DNA from: Balanoglossus misakiensis
Taxonomy: Eukaryota; Animalia; Hemichordata
Length of the DNA stretch: 64,000 bases
Reading direction: 5' to 3'
Assembly (NCBI GenBank): GCA_040954595.2
Contig: CM082577.2
Span: forward strand, 13,337,903-13,401,902
Position numbers and translations under genes: made by a program. Below, in pieces: positions 26,301 through 38,619 of this stretch (positions are counted from its first letter, which is position 1; each line of letters begins with the position of its first letter). Below the pieces are notes generated by a model that saw nothing but the letters and a program-made list of their open reading frames with translations, was not told where the DNA came from and ran no database searches.

Positions 26301-28176
26301 CCACCAATGTGTGTATGCATGCATGACACCATTGTGTTCTCTCCATGGCAAGGCAGTAACAAATGTGGAAGGTATTGGAGATAGTAAGAACCTACATCCA
26401 GTACAGGTAAGACATAAACTACCTTGCAGCAAACTCATTAGAATGATTTAACAGCGACGAAGGAATATGTCAGATGTAATATAGATATTTCTAAGATTAA
26501 AATCATGTTACGGAACTTTAGCGGTGCAGGAAGGCCGAGAAAACAATTTTGAAGTGGACAATGCAAAACTTTAATTCAGGGCAACTATAATGTGTATTTT
26601 TTCTGCGCCCAGGAACGACTTGCCAAGTCACATGGGTCGCAGTGTGGTGTCTGTTCGCCGGGAATGGTGATGTCGATGTACACGTTGCTACGCAACAACC
26701 CAACGCCATCGAAGGCTGATATCGAGGCTGCTTGGAAGCCTTGGAAGGAAATCTTTGTTGATGTACTGGGTACCGACCGATCATTGAAGGATTCCAGACA
26801 TTTGCCAAAGGTAAAACAATTACGTTACCCAAGTTTGCTTTTTGCAGGACTAATAAGACAATCTGACGAGTTACCATAAGTATTTATCCTGTAATTGTAT
26901 TTTATGATTCATTAAAAGAATTATGTTAGTAAGATACTTTCTTCTGAAACTGTAGGATGGTTGCTGTGGAAACCCATCCCAATGTTGCAGGGACAAATCA
27001 GGTGCTACAGATCAGCAGAGTGATAATCGTTCCCATGACGACGGCGAGGACGTAAGTGTACAACATTCGTTTTGATAACGCATGTACGCACTGTATGCGT
27101 CAGCACCGGGAACTCGTTTATACTTTGTTTTCTGTCTTTTATTTCTTAGACTGACGCAAGACTGTTTTACAAGGAAAAGCGTATTCCATACGACCCATCG
27201 CAGGAACCGATATTTCCCACAGAACTTATGGTAAGTAGCATTTTAACGTTTTTTAGCTGTTGATTCCATGCTTTTGGGAGAATTTGTTACCTTGAGAAAC
27301 TAAAAGTGATATTTATTTAAGTCGTTTATATTTGGCGGATGGATACTGTGTGGCAACGCTATCACTTTTTTTTCTTTCAGTTAAGTCAATACTACCATTG
27401 CAAGAGTGTCAGATGTTCCAAATATGGTATGATGTGGATGAGAATGGCGGGCTGATTATCCAAACGCCAGACTTGTATCCGGGTACTTGGACATTGGTAA
27501 GAATATGTTTACATAAATTGGCATATCTATCTGTTTATGAACCGTAAAATCGCACATGCGCAATTCAGACGACCCTCCGCTTTAAAGGCACCGTTACCCA
27601 ATGCAACATGTCTGATGAATTTTCTTAAACAGGACTGGAAATTAATATCAAGAAGAGTCTGGACCCTGTCCTGATCTCGGTAACCCATATCCCAGAATTC
27701 AACAGTGTCAAGATCACCGATGAAAAAGTATCATTCGGAGCTTCTGTGACTATGGCAACCATTCAACATGTTATCGAAACAAAGCTTTCAAATTATCCAG
27801 GTGAGGTGGTTACGTCATGTCAGCATAGGTCCTAACGTCGATTTGGACGCGTAAAACAGAAAATCCGACGAAATTAACATATAAAATTGCACCAGTGCAA
27901 GCTATGAGAAATGTGTTTTGTAAAAAAAAAACAGTACAAGTAGAAGTACAAGTTTAAAAGTGAAAAAAATACATTAAAAAAATATCAGAGAGAATTCAAG
28001 ATCAGCTGAAGTGTTTTGATAAAAAGTTCTCCACTTTCAAGTTTATAATGTCATGTGCTGACTATAGTAGTGTAGGTGGGAGCAAAACAATACATGAATT
28101 GTTCAAACAGAAAGTTCAATCATTTAGTTTCCCCAGTTTATGGGAGCATAGTAGTTGTGAACATAGTATATGAAAT

Positions 28177-28493
28177 AATTAAGCAATAAAACACCCCCAG
28201 CCATGGTATACCACGAGATTTTGACCAGTTCACGACATATACGCACGAGCGATAGCGAGTGCGTATATGGAGTTGAACTGGTCAAAATCGAGTGGTATAC
28301 CATGGCTTGGGGTGTTTTATTGCCATTATATTATGCCAGTATATTGAAACTTTGCATAAAACATTTTAAAAAGGCATTTTATTTGACTATGATGTATGAC
28401 TGTGGTATATGAGTAATAAATCACGGTCACGTGTCGTGTCTCGACCAATAAAATAGCGTGATTTACACCATCAATATACTGGGATAATATAAT
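28177..28493. mobile_element. Crypton-like non-autonomous element (317 bp), copy 1
   Basis: ~140-bp hairpin centred on CGAGCGATAGCGAG plus a second IR pair ATTATATTATGCCAGTATATTGA / TCAATATACTGGGATAATATAAT. No evident TSD. Other copies at 48350-48527 and 63312-63628. Confidence 0.7.
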
Positions 28494-28889
28494 TTAAAAT
28501 AGTCACTGCTCTCTGGTCCATCATTTACGGTAAAAGTGACCTGATTTCACATCAATAGTTTACCACCCGTCATTTGAAGCTAATTTCATGTAGTACAAAT
28601 CTCCTATACAACATAATGACATTTCTAGAACCTTTTTTGCTGTTTGTGCCCACACTAGTGGTTCTAAAAAGAAACTTCCATAACAACATGTACACTTGAC
28701 GCGTTCAAGTCAAGGCAGACCTAACCCATTCAAAATATGCATTCTTTGCATCCCCAGAGACACACACAGGAAATCAAGCGAGTGCAGCCACTAGCTGGAA
28801 GAGCTGAATTCAATGCATTGCCTTGCGATGTTCATGATACAGGGGGGTGGTGATCAATGAACAGAACAATGGTCCACTTTCATGCGTTG

Positions 28890-29561
28890 TAGTGGCCCCT
28901 ACACGTCAATTTTAATTTATTATTTTGAAAGTTAAACTTTAATTTTTGATAGACAATATCTTTTCCCAAAAGTAAACTTTAATTTTGGACAAAACTTTTG
29001 ATTTTGACAGTAAAACTTTAATTTTACTTATCACAAATTTTATTTTAGAGAACCAAATTTTATTTTTCGAAAGCAAATTTTATTTTTTCCAAGAATAATA
29101 TTTTAATAAAGATTTATTTTGTCCAAAATAAAAAGTAACAACTTGAGATAAACTTATTCATATTACGTGGATTCTTTTTTCAAAAAGAAATGTTTTAATT
29201 TTTAAAGAAAACGTTTATTTTGTAAAATAACAAATTATTTTTCCCAGGTGAAAATGTTTATTTTACGGAGTTAAATTTTAATTTACATTTAAATAACCTT
29301 TAAACACACGAGATAAAATATTTTGTCATGCATGTAAAAGAACTTCGCGCGCCGAAACCTGAATTGCGCCCTCATAACAAAGGTTTGTCAGTAGCATTAG
29401 AAAGAGAGCCCCCATAAGTTGTGTTACTAGAAATCAGATTAAATTTACCCCTGTAAAATAAAATTTTCACCCGGGAAAAATAATTTGTTACTTTAGAAAC
29501 TATTTTTTTAAGCAATAAAAACATTTTGTTTTAAAAAGTTAAATAATTCCATCGAGTACAG
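28890..29561. mobile_element. Rearranged partial copy of the 52216-54494 foldback element
   Basis: 28892-29316 is the reverse complement of ~54060-54490; 29317-29561 is a direct match to ~53810-54058. Confidence 0.8.
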
Positions 29562-29807
29562 TTAGGTCTAAGAAGAATGGCCATGCATTTCAATTCAAGG
29601 ACAAAATGAATGCGCAAGAATTCGTTTTATCGAGAGTAATGTGCAGCAATTTAATTTGCTAGGGCTCTCTTAGCAGATTTGGAGTTTGTCATTTTTGGTA
29701 GAAACTTTTCAAAATGTGAAATCTTTTGTCATCTAACCACGTTATTTGTATTTTTCTTATATAAGACAGAGTTATTTCTACATCATAGATGCAAGCTTAA
29801 TTTATAA

Positions 29808-29920
29808 CATGAATTTGAATAAAATATCTTTTCAAATATCACCACATGAATTTGAATAAAATATTTTTTTTAAATATCACCACATGAATTTGATAAAATA
29901 TTGTTTTTAATATCACCATA
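29808..29920. repeat. Minisatellite, ~3 x 37-38 bp
   Basis: Unit CATGAATTTGAATAAAATAT...AATATCACCA repeated. Confidence 0.85.
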
Positions 29921-32900
29921 TGGAAATCTTTGGAAGTTTGCACTTAGAGGGATGGCATGGCAGTTTTCTCCTGTTCATATTACGAAGAATTTGGCGTCAC
30001 GTGTAGGTTTCATGAGTGTTCGAGTTTTGCTCTTCCCAGCCTCGTGCCCACAATCCTCTGATACTAACTTCAGTTCTTTAGCCGCTGACCCACTGGATTC
30101 CCCTTATGAATTGCCCACATTATTTTTTGGTGTAGTTTTGAAAGTTGGTGCACGGAAACTATCGATCAATTTAGGAAATTCAAAATATGTTACATCACAA
30201 ACCTCATAAATTGGAGGCTAGAGTAGCCTGTTTGTTTGCAGGTAATTTTACAATTACCTCAGGGAGGGAGGGGCGGGGGGTTAAGAAAACATACAGATTG
30301 AAATAACAAGGAAGTGGTATATCAAACCAAAACGTTCTCTCAGTCATGATTCTAGACTGTTTCCATGTCATATGACATCCACAAAAATGTGATATTACCT
30401 TGAAAAGAGTCAGGATTTCCAAAACTGGTTTGCGAATGTACTTAACTTTGGAGCAATGCATGAGTACATTCGTAAAAAGATATTGTTCCACTATTTACTG
30501 ACATCATAGTGGCTGCCAGTTATTCTATTTCTTGCGCAAGAGATAGTATCTTGGGCCATGGAGATGTTTTCTCCTGTGCACAAGAAACTTGCTATCTCGT
30601 GCCGACGTGAAAATATCTCGTGCGCACGAGAAAAAAAAACGAGCGCACTCGTGTGCACGATAAAATATCACATGAACACGTAAGTCGTGCGCACGAGATA
30701 AAAAATGTGCCCTGTAGTCTTTCTTAGGACATGATAGCGTGACGTCGCATTGTAATTAACGGACGATCTTGTCTGTGTTGGAAATCGGACTTCCGCCTCC
30801 TCCGAACAACAACATAGACTGACGTCACAACAATGACAGAAAAAGTGAAGCAAATGGCCGACAAAACGGAGAGTATCGGAAAACAGGCAGGATCCTCGGC
30901 GCAGACGTCTGGTAATAATACCACCACATCAAATAGAACGACGAGTAGTGCAGGACAAACCGCCACCAGTGACTATGACAACAAGTCTGAAGGCGATACT
31001 GGCGAACCCTTGCACAATACAACTAGTCCTACAGAGAAATGCAGCCCAGCGCCACTCAAGATTTTCCATTCCCGGTCTGGCAGCAGCAAAAATATGTTGT
31101 TGTTTTTTCTCTTAGAAGCGACCTCAGTCTGAGCTGCATGAGAATAAACTGTAGGTTGGGAATACTTGGAATTTAGCGAGCTCAACAAAAAGACACGCAG
31201 TCGCTGCGGTCAACACGTAGCTATTAGTTTCGGTTTTATGTTCGCTACAGCTCGGAAACCAAAATGTGGTACAACTTCAAGCTACATAAACTGGAAATCA
31301 TAGTACGTGCAGAGCAGACCATAGTGACGAAAGCAGGTATTCTAGGTCGTAAGATAAAATCACGGCGCTAGAAAAACAGTCATCAAAAGTTGCACGTGTT
31401 GCCCGCCCACAAATAATGTAATTATCGGCGCACAGAAAGTTCAGTCGATACACTTTTACGCTATAGAAACTCACTCTCTCAACAAGAACGAAAGTCTGAC
31501 ACCCTCGTCAATGACAAAACGCAAACCGAGCTGGGTATGATCCGGCCCCGTCACATGACTCGTCCTCAGGTCAAACATGGGGCCAATCCCCACTCTGTGT
31601 TGTATTATTTTCCACATACGAAGGTTCTAAATAAAAATGTACTTATTTGAAATGCTTACCGCAGTAAGATCATTGAAAGTTTTCAAACGTTGGTGACAAA
31701 TGTATAACTGATTTTTTACAAATGAATAATCGCGCACTTGCATGTTATTTTCTCTATACCAGACACCGCGCGCGCGCAGTTGGCAAAAAAAATGCGGAAA
31801 GTATTGGGCATGCGCAGTCGATACTTCACATTGTAAACAAGATGGCGTCGCTGTCTATGCTTCTGGACCGCTGTCGCCCAACTATGTCGGCAAAGAAGAG
31901 ACGAATTTAACCATGCAACGCCATATCGGAAGATAGAATGATCGCGAGATGAAACCGGGCTATCCAACGATTAGGCAGCCATGTTGACTGATTGGTATGT
32001 CGCCGAAGTAATTATTTGCCATTGATTTGTTTACCAGAAACGGTTTGCCTTTGGAACACATTTGACCTCACCGAAATTGATTTCAGAGGTTTTTCCCAAG
32101 AACTAATGACGTTCGTTTTCACCTTTCTGTCACGAAGTTGCAAACGTGTTGTCTCTGAGAAAATAAATGTGATTTGTACCCGCGATAATCATAGTTCGGA
32201 TTTCAACCCACAACATCAACGCCAGCCATTCACCAACATGTGCTAGATAATGTTTATCAGTCATTTCTTCTCAGACTGAATTTACAAAAGACTAACTGTA
32301 TTGTATGCACATGGCAATTTTAATATGTAACACGTTTGACCTGAGTGCGAGGATGGATTGAAGGGACACAAGCTTTTGTAGCCACTTATATTTTGACACT
32401 GTTTATATCAATGTTGAGCTGGCATATTTGTTCCCTTATGACGTAGTGTACCTGTTGCATTGAAATGAAGCTGTAATAACATTACAGTGCAATCTAATCC
32501 TTTGGGTTAATAGGAAAACGAGGTCAATAAATGACAGGTTTATTTAAATACAGGATATATTTCTCACAAGCACTTATGCATATGTATGAGATACTTATTT
32601 ATTTTTAATTTATTTATTTATTTTTTATTTATTTTGTACGTTCAGGTAATCATATGGATTTGTATGGAATCACATACACATTAATTGAAGACTATCATAT
32701 CACAGAAGTCGAGCCTCCACATGTGTAAGGTAACCATTTAGGTTTCATGACTAAGTTTGTTTAAGAATTCATAAAGCACGAATTCTACCCAATGAATTTC
32801 CTTAGAATTTCACAACTGTGACAAAGTTTGCAGTTGTGCGAAAAAGTGTGTATTATTCACATAAGAATTTTTTCGTATGCATTTTTCTGATGGCAATGCA

Positions 32901-33719
32901 TTTGACTGTAAACAAATATGGATGTCAGTTAGTAGTGCTATTTTGTCAGTGAAATGGCTTCATCATCATCCCTCCAACCAAAGTTGAAACAGAGTTGCAA
33001 ATATTGCAGAGCTTGAAATCATAAAATGTTGCAAAATTGAACCAACCGTTCGGTCAACGATTATGTTCTTACAGCTATTATTAGAACCGGACAGTCTCAG
33101 CAAACAAGAGACTTGGGCCTTATTTGCAAGTCAAGTTAGAACTGCCTTTGCCTGCCCACGGATGCCCCAGTTTCAGCAAAAATTATTGCATTAACATACG
33201 AGTATGGAGAACTATTCTCTGTGTTCCTTTTGTTAGCTTACATAGCTGTTGTCATTCTAGTTTTTCCTCTGTCCTGTGAGCAGAGTTTCAGTTGAGAAAA
33301 CCGACAGTTCTCAAAGTAGAAAAATACACCTAAATTGCCTCGGTGATGAGCATGCAGACTTTATCTGATGCTTCTTACTGGCAGAAGGACCCCACCAGTT
33401 GCAGATTGTAAATTCAATGGCACAAGGGAAATTTACACTTTGCGTTCAAATATAAATAATTAAATTCTGTAAAAATTCTTCTATATGTTATTTATTGATG
33501 ATTCAAAAGTGTTATGACTGATTGTGTTAGAGTACCTGTATTCCATATAAGCACGCTGTCAGTGCACATCTGATTGATAACAATTTCACATTTTTAAAAA
33601 TTTGCATCTCTGAATAATTATGATCACATAAAGCTTCATATGATATAAATTGTCCTGGTATCGTAAACATTAAGGCCTAATGCTAGTGTCACAACATTGA
33701 TTACCAGACCGTTTCCCTC

Positions 33720-33793
33720 TGTATGTATGTATGTATGTATGTATGTATGTATGTATGTATGTATGTATGTATGTATGTATGTATGCATGTGTT

Positions 33794-33828
<35 letters not shown>

Positions 33829-33850
33829 GCATGTATATATGGATGTATGT
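33720..33850 (+). repeat. (GTAT)n(GT)n microsatellite opening a Helentron/HINE-like segment
   Basis: Followed by GTCTG...AAAACCAC...CACCTTGATATTTGGTGTGTAGATG and degenerate sub-repeats. Equivalents at 57450-57570 and, inverted, at ~12230-12270. Confidence 0.8.
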
Positions 33851-35648
33851 CTGCCCTGATCAAAAACATGAAAACCACTTCACGTATCACCTTGATATTT
33901 GGTGTGTAGATGGGATTTTGCTCAAATGAAGTTGTCATTGCCAAAATATGCAAATAACCTGTGAAATATGTGAAATTGATCAAAACTCAACAACTGGTTA
34001 GACTGCTTTGAACATTAGTATGCATGTAGGTAATGTCATCATACTTTGAGTTTATATCATGAATTGTCTATTTTTTATGCAATTCTTTTGTCTTGTTTTA
34101 CCATTTGAAAAAAAAATCTTTTCCTCTTAAAAAGATTGGCTGATTTCTTTAGAATTTAGTATGACACTTCCGGTAGGTGATCTTAGTTGGTTTTGTTTAA
34201 ATTGTCACAGAATTTGTAATCTGTCATTTTTGGTCAAAAATAATTTTCTCAGAAACTCCTCAGATTGCTTTTAAATGTTGGTATGCTTGTTCCAAGAGGT
34301 AACCCAAGTAATGTTGTATATCATTTTGGTGAAATTTGCATATTTGTGGTCTTGAGGCAATTTTTGCAATTTGTATTCTTTGAAACCGCTTGTCAGATTG
34401 CTTTCAACTTTGGTAGGCATTTGGTAGGCGTGGTGATTGAAGTAGATATTATACAATTTGTTGATAGTTGGATAGATGTGGTTTGAGGCAGTTTTTGTCA
34501 TTGTTGAATGTTGTTTTCCCTGAAATACTTGTCTGGTTCCTTTGAAATGTTGTTACAGTAGGTCATATCTGCTTGCCAATGTCACATGATTTTTCCCATG
34601 AACACAGTCATACCTAATTTTGTGTAATCCCCAGATGGGACCACAGTGTGTAATAACCTGACCAACAGTGACTAGTATATCCTGTGTGTTATACAGTACT
34701 TCTCACAAGGTTGAAGTACATGTATGTTGATGATTTTTTGCGATTCTTCAGAAACTTACAATACAGAGTCTAATGTGGTAAAGTCCATGGTCACATTCAG
34801 AACTACCTAGTCTATGCCCGGCAGTGTTCTGTCCGCTTTGCTTCCAAAACTAATGTCTGGCCTCACTCATGCCACTTGCCCAATAAACTAATACCCCTTG
34901 CTGGGAATTGTGATGTAACTAGCGTCCCTTTGAAGCCTATCACATATACTGAACAGTGTTGATTTGGTGTAAGATTATAGTGAAGGCAGGGCTTATTACA
35001 TTGAAAATGCTACCCAACCTTAATTACACGTATGTATATCCTTTGTCTAATCATTGGAAAAACAATGTATCAGTTCTGCCTTTATGTTATTTTAAGTCAA
35101 TTGTCAAGGTTCATGTTCATATATTACAGCTTAACTGTCTTGTCAAAAACTTACGCATGTACATGTACCTAATTCTAGGCTTACCTGTAGGGTTAGAGAT
35201 ACAGTGTTTTATATTAATATGCATTAATATGAAACTAAAATTTGATGGTTAATTTAAGACCCCCCTGAGCAATGGTAACCTCGTTAAATATGTGCATATC
35301 TAATTCTAGGCTATTCAGCTGAAGTAGAAACCTGGGCATGGACAACTTCGGGGTCAAAATCTTTTGACAAACTTTTGTGTGATCTTGGGTAAACTTTGAC
35401 CTACATTCCTATATTTTAGCATCCGGAGCAGATACAACCTTGACACTTGGAGTGATTGAGTATTATGTCTTGCCTCATTAATTATGTACTTACCTAATAC
35501 CAGCCTAACCAATAGGGCTGGAAGTCTGGCTTTTTTGGACATGATAAATTTGAGATCAACATTTTTCTACAGCAGCCAGTCTTCTCTTAAAAAGAATGGA
35601 CAATATAAAGGCTTTGATGGTATACTGAACTTTTGACTTCCCTCCCTG

Positions 35649-35848
35649 AGACTGTGTGCCAATGACGGGATAGCCTACTCAGCGTTGGGTAGATCCTAAG
35701 AAGGCCTCAGCCAGGCATCAAATACAAAAAAGCGGAAATCCAAGCTTTAATGGTGGGTTACATCGTTAACTTCCCTGCAGAGCTGATTTCTCAGACTGTG
35801 AGCCAATGACGGGTAAAGCCCCTAGGTAGGGGCCACCTAAGACAGGCC
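35649..35848 (+). ncRNA. Candidate structured RNA or ssDNA element: two homologous hairpin modules in the composite core
   Basis: Modules 35649-35706 and 35793-35848 share AGACTGTGWGCCAATGACGGG...CCTAAGA(C)AGGCC around different but pairing stems. Near-invariant in copies A (10115-10313, minus) and C (59532-59730). Expression is not shown by the sequence. Confidence 0.3.
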
Positions 35849-38619
35849 GGTCATGCTTTAATCACAAAGAAGGGCAAGTTCAGTCATACCACAACTTTGT
35901 CTGCTGTATATGCTTCATAATGATTGCATGGTATTTTCAGAATACGTTGTGTTAAGGCAGTGTGACCAGCTAAAAAGTACTGGCAAACACAGCCAATGTG
36001 TAATGAAAAACATCTAATTCGGCTGAATAAAAGACATAAAACACAGCAAAAGCACTGTGACTAGCTGAGACATAATACTCCATTATGCAGTTCCATCACT
36101 CCAAGTGTCAAGGATGTATCTGCTCTGGATGCCAAGATATAGTAATGTAGGTCAAAGTTTACCCAAGATCACCCAACATTTTGTCAAAAGATTTTGACCC
36201 CAAAGTTGTCCATGTCCAGGTTTCTACCGCAACTGGATAGCCTAGAATTAGATATGGACATATTTAATGAGGTTACCATGGATCAAGGCAGTCCTAAGTA
36301 AACCATCAAATTTTTAGTTTCATGTTAATTCATGTTAATATAAAACGCTGTATCTCTAACCCACTGGTATGCCATTCTGTGTTTCATGCTACCCAATATG
36401 GGTAAGTAGGTAAAAAGTCACCCTAGGCCATTTGAAATTTTGCTGAAAAAATCTCGTCTCTTACATATGTACATTTGGTAAAAGGGAAATTTTAATCACA
36501 GAGTAGAACATATTCATAAAAAATATTTGAGGGAAAGAAGGAAGTTTTTCATAGCTTTGGTGCTTCAAATAGTAGAGAGGTTCCCTTGTTATCCTTAGAC
36601 TCAAACTCAGAGTTGCCAATCTTTCATTATTTTCATGATATTACTTTCCATTTTAGATTTGTTCATCTAAACAAACTGACTGATAGGTATACATGAACAT
36701 TTTATTGACTAATGAATGTGCCTGTATGTTGCAATTTAAAGAAGTCAGATATTAAACGAGCGCCACACCTGTTTTAATCAGCCTCCATATGGAGGGTACA
36801 CATCGCAGAGAGATGACAAACCCCATGCAAATTCAAGTAATATGGCTCAATGGTGCTGATTTTAAATATACTCAGAAACCTCTACCCACATTTTTTTAAA
36901 AATTTGGTTTGCATGTTCTTAGGTGTGATTTTATGACAATTTAGCAAACCCAGTGATGGAAGTGACAATATTGTTCTTTTTTTTGTTGGCAATTTTTGCC
37001 ATTTTTGTCTGATTGCTTTGCAATTTAGTTTGCAGTTTCTAGGGAATTCTTACTGTGATGCACAGCACATTGCAAATGTGACAGCCACTCCCAGATTTCA
37101 CAAAATTCACAACGGTGATTTACTATCCTCATGCGCTTTGTTGAACTGGCACACTGTTGCAAAACAGACATTACAACACTCTTTGAATTGAATTCATAGC
37201 TACCAATTTTTCGGGGGTATAGCACCTTTTTATGCCTAAAACTTTGATCGAGAACTTCAAATTAAATGCAACCCTCCAAATATTTGCAATATTTAAGGTA
37301 AAATGATATAATTTTGAAGCATAAATTTTGATGTATTTATAATCTTTAAGAGAAACACATTTTGAAAATAGAATATTGATCACACTATCAGTCATAATAC
37401 TTTTGGATCTTCTCTAATTAAAGAATATATAGAAGAATTTAACAGGATTTAATTATTTATATTTGAACGCAAAGTGTAAATTCCCCTAGTGCCATGGAAT
37501 TGACAATCTGCAACTGGTGGGGTCCTTCTGCCAGTAAGAAGCATCAGATAAATTCTGTATGCTCATCACCGAGGCAATTTAGGTGTACTTTTGTGCTTTG
37601 AGAACTGTCAGTTTTCGCAACTGAAACTCTGTTCACAGGAAAGAGGAAAAAGTAGAATGACAACAGCTATGTAAGCTAACAAAAGGAACACAGAGCATAG
37701 TTCTCCATACTCATATTTTAATGCAATAATTTTTGCTGAAACTGGGGCGTCCGTGGGCAGGCAAAGGCAGTTCTAACTCGACTTGCAAATAAGGCCCATG
37801 TCTCTTGTTTGCTGAGACTGTCTGGTTCTAATAATAGCTGTAAGAACTTGATCATTGACCGAACTGTTGGTTCAATTTTGCAACATTTTATTATTTCAAG
37901 CTGTGCAATATTTGCAACTCTGTTTCAACTTTGGTTGGAGGGATTATGATGTCATTTCAATGACAAAATAGCACTACTAACTGATGTCAATGTTTGTTTA
38001 CAGTCAAATGCATTGCCATCATAAAAATACATGTGAGAAATTTCTTATGTGCATAATACACACTTTTGTGCATGACTGCAAACTCTGTTACAGATGTGAA
38101 ATTCTAAGGGTTGAATTCATTCGGTAGAATTCATGTTTTTTGGATTCTTAAACAAACTTAGTCACGAAAGCTAAATGGTTACCTCAGAGAAACTGTTAAA
38201 TTTGGTCATCAATTGCTTTAAATCACACAAGACATTCCTAGAGCTCAGTTACTGCAGCAGTGAGTTTCAACTCGGCTTGCAAATTGGGATCATGTCTTGT
38301 GTTCATCGAGACTGTCAGTAGTCGAGTTGACAGTCCTATGGGCTCAATGGTGAACCTACAAATGTTCTTTCCTATGAAGTTGTTATAAATCTAATATTTC
38401 AGGATTTGCATTCATATTGAAACCCTTTAACAATACAACTGTATTGCAAATATGGCATGGTTGGGCAACTCTTCTAAATTGCATAATGACTGTGGAACAC
38501 CTTCTCTGCACTGTTTGTGCCAAAATGGTGAATAATATTTCGTTTTCAAGATTGCCTTAATATGGGCACCCAAAGCAAGACAAGTGCATAGCAAATTTGG
38601 CATTTTTGTTCAACTCTCC

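Larger units (their letters stand above)
24716..27800 (+). pseudogene. Xanthine dehydrogenase / aldehyde oxidase family 5' fragment (2Fe-2S domains and start of the FAD domain), inactivated
   Basis: Exons 24716-24772 (ELVFFVNGQK), 25610-25667, 26076-26119 (5' half with CGEGGCGAC missing), 26301-26406 ([21 protein letters not shown]...LHPVQ), 26613-26810 ([18 protein letters not shown]...GNLC*CTGYRP), 26956-27051, 27150-27230 (DPSQEPIFP), 27381-27496 and 27633-27800. Lesions: 8-bp insertion at ~26731, TGA at 26759-26761, an extra base at ~26808 and a deletion at ~27445. No later exons recognised. Confidence 0.92.

Noticed and set aside
26759-26761. Selenocysteine or readthrough TGA in the XDH-like gene
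   Set aside because: It replaces a conserved Arg (likely CGA to TGA by CpG decay), and the gene has several frameshifts.
28203-28412. Repeated MVYHEILTSS ORF as a small gene family (also 48298 and 63338)
   Set aside because: Chance frame inside a palindromic non-autonomous element; stop positions differ between copies.
31992-32246. 84-aa ORF shared by copies B and C (55707-55961)
   Set aside because: Non-ATG start, no recognisable motif, frameshifted in copy A; the similarity reflects DNA identity.
33636-33983. ORFs with VCMY/HTYI repeats (also 57461-57649)
   Set aside because: Translations of the (GTAT)n microsatellite.
35658-35706. SECIS element in the core modules
   Set aside because: The AUGA-to-AA spacing is too short, the 3' GA is out of register, and no selenoprotein ORF lies upstream.
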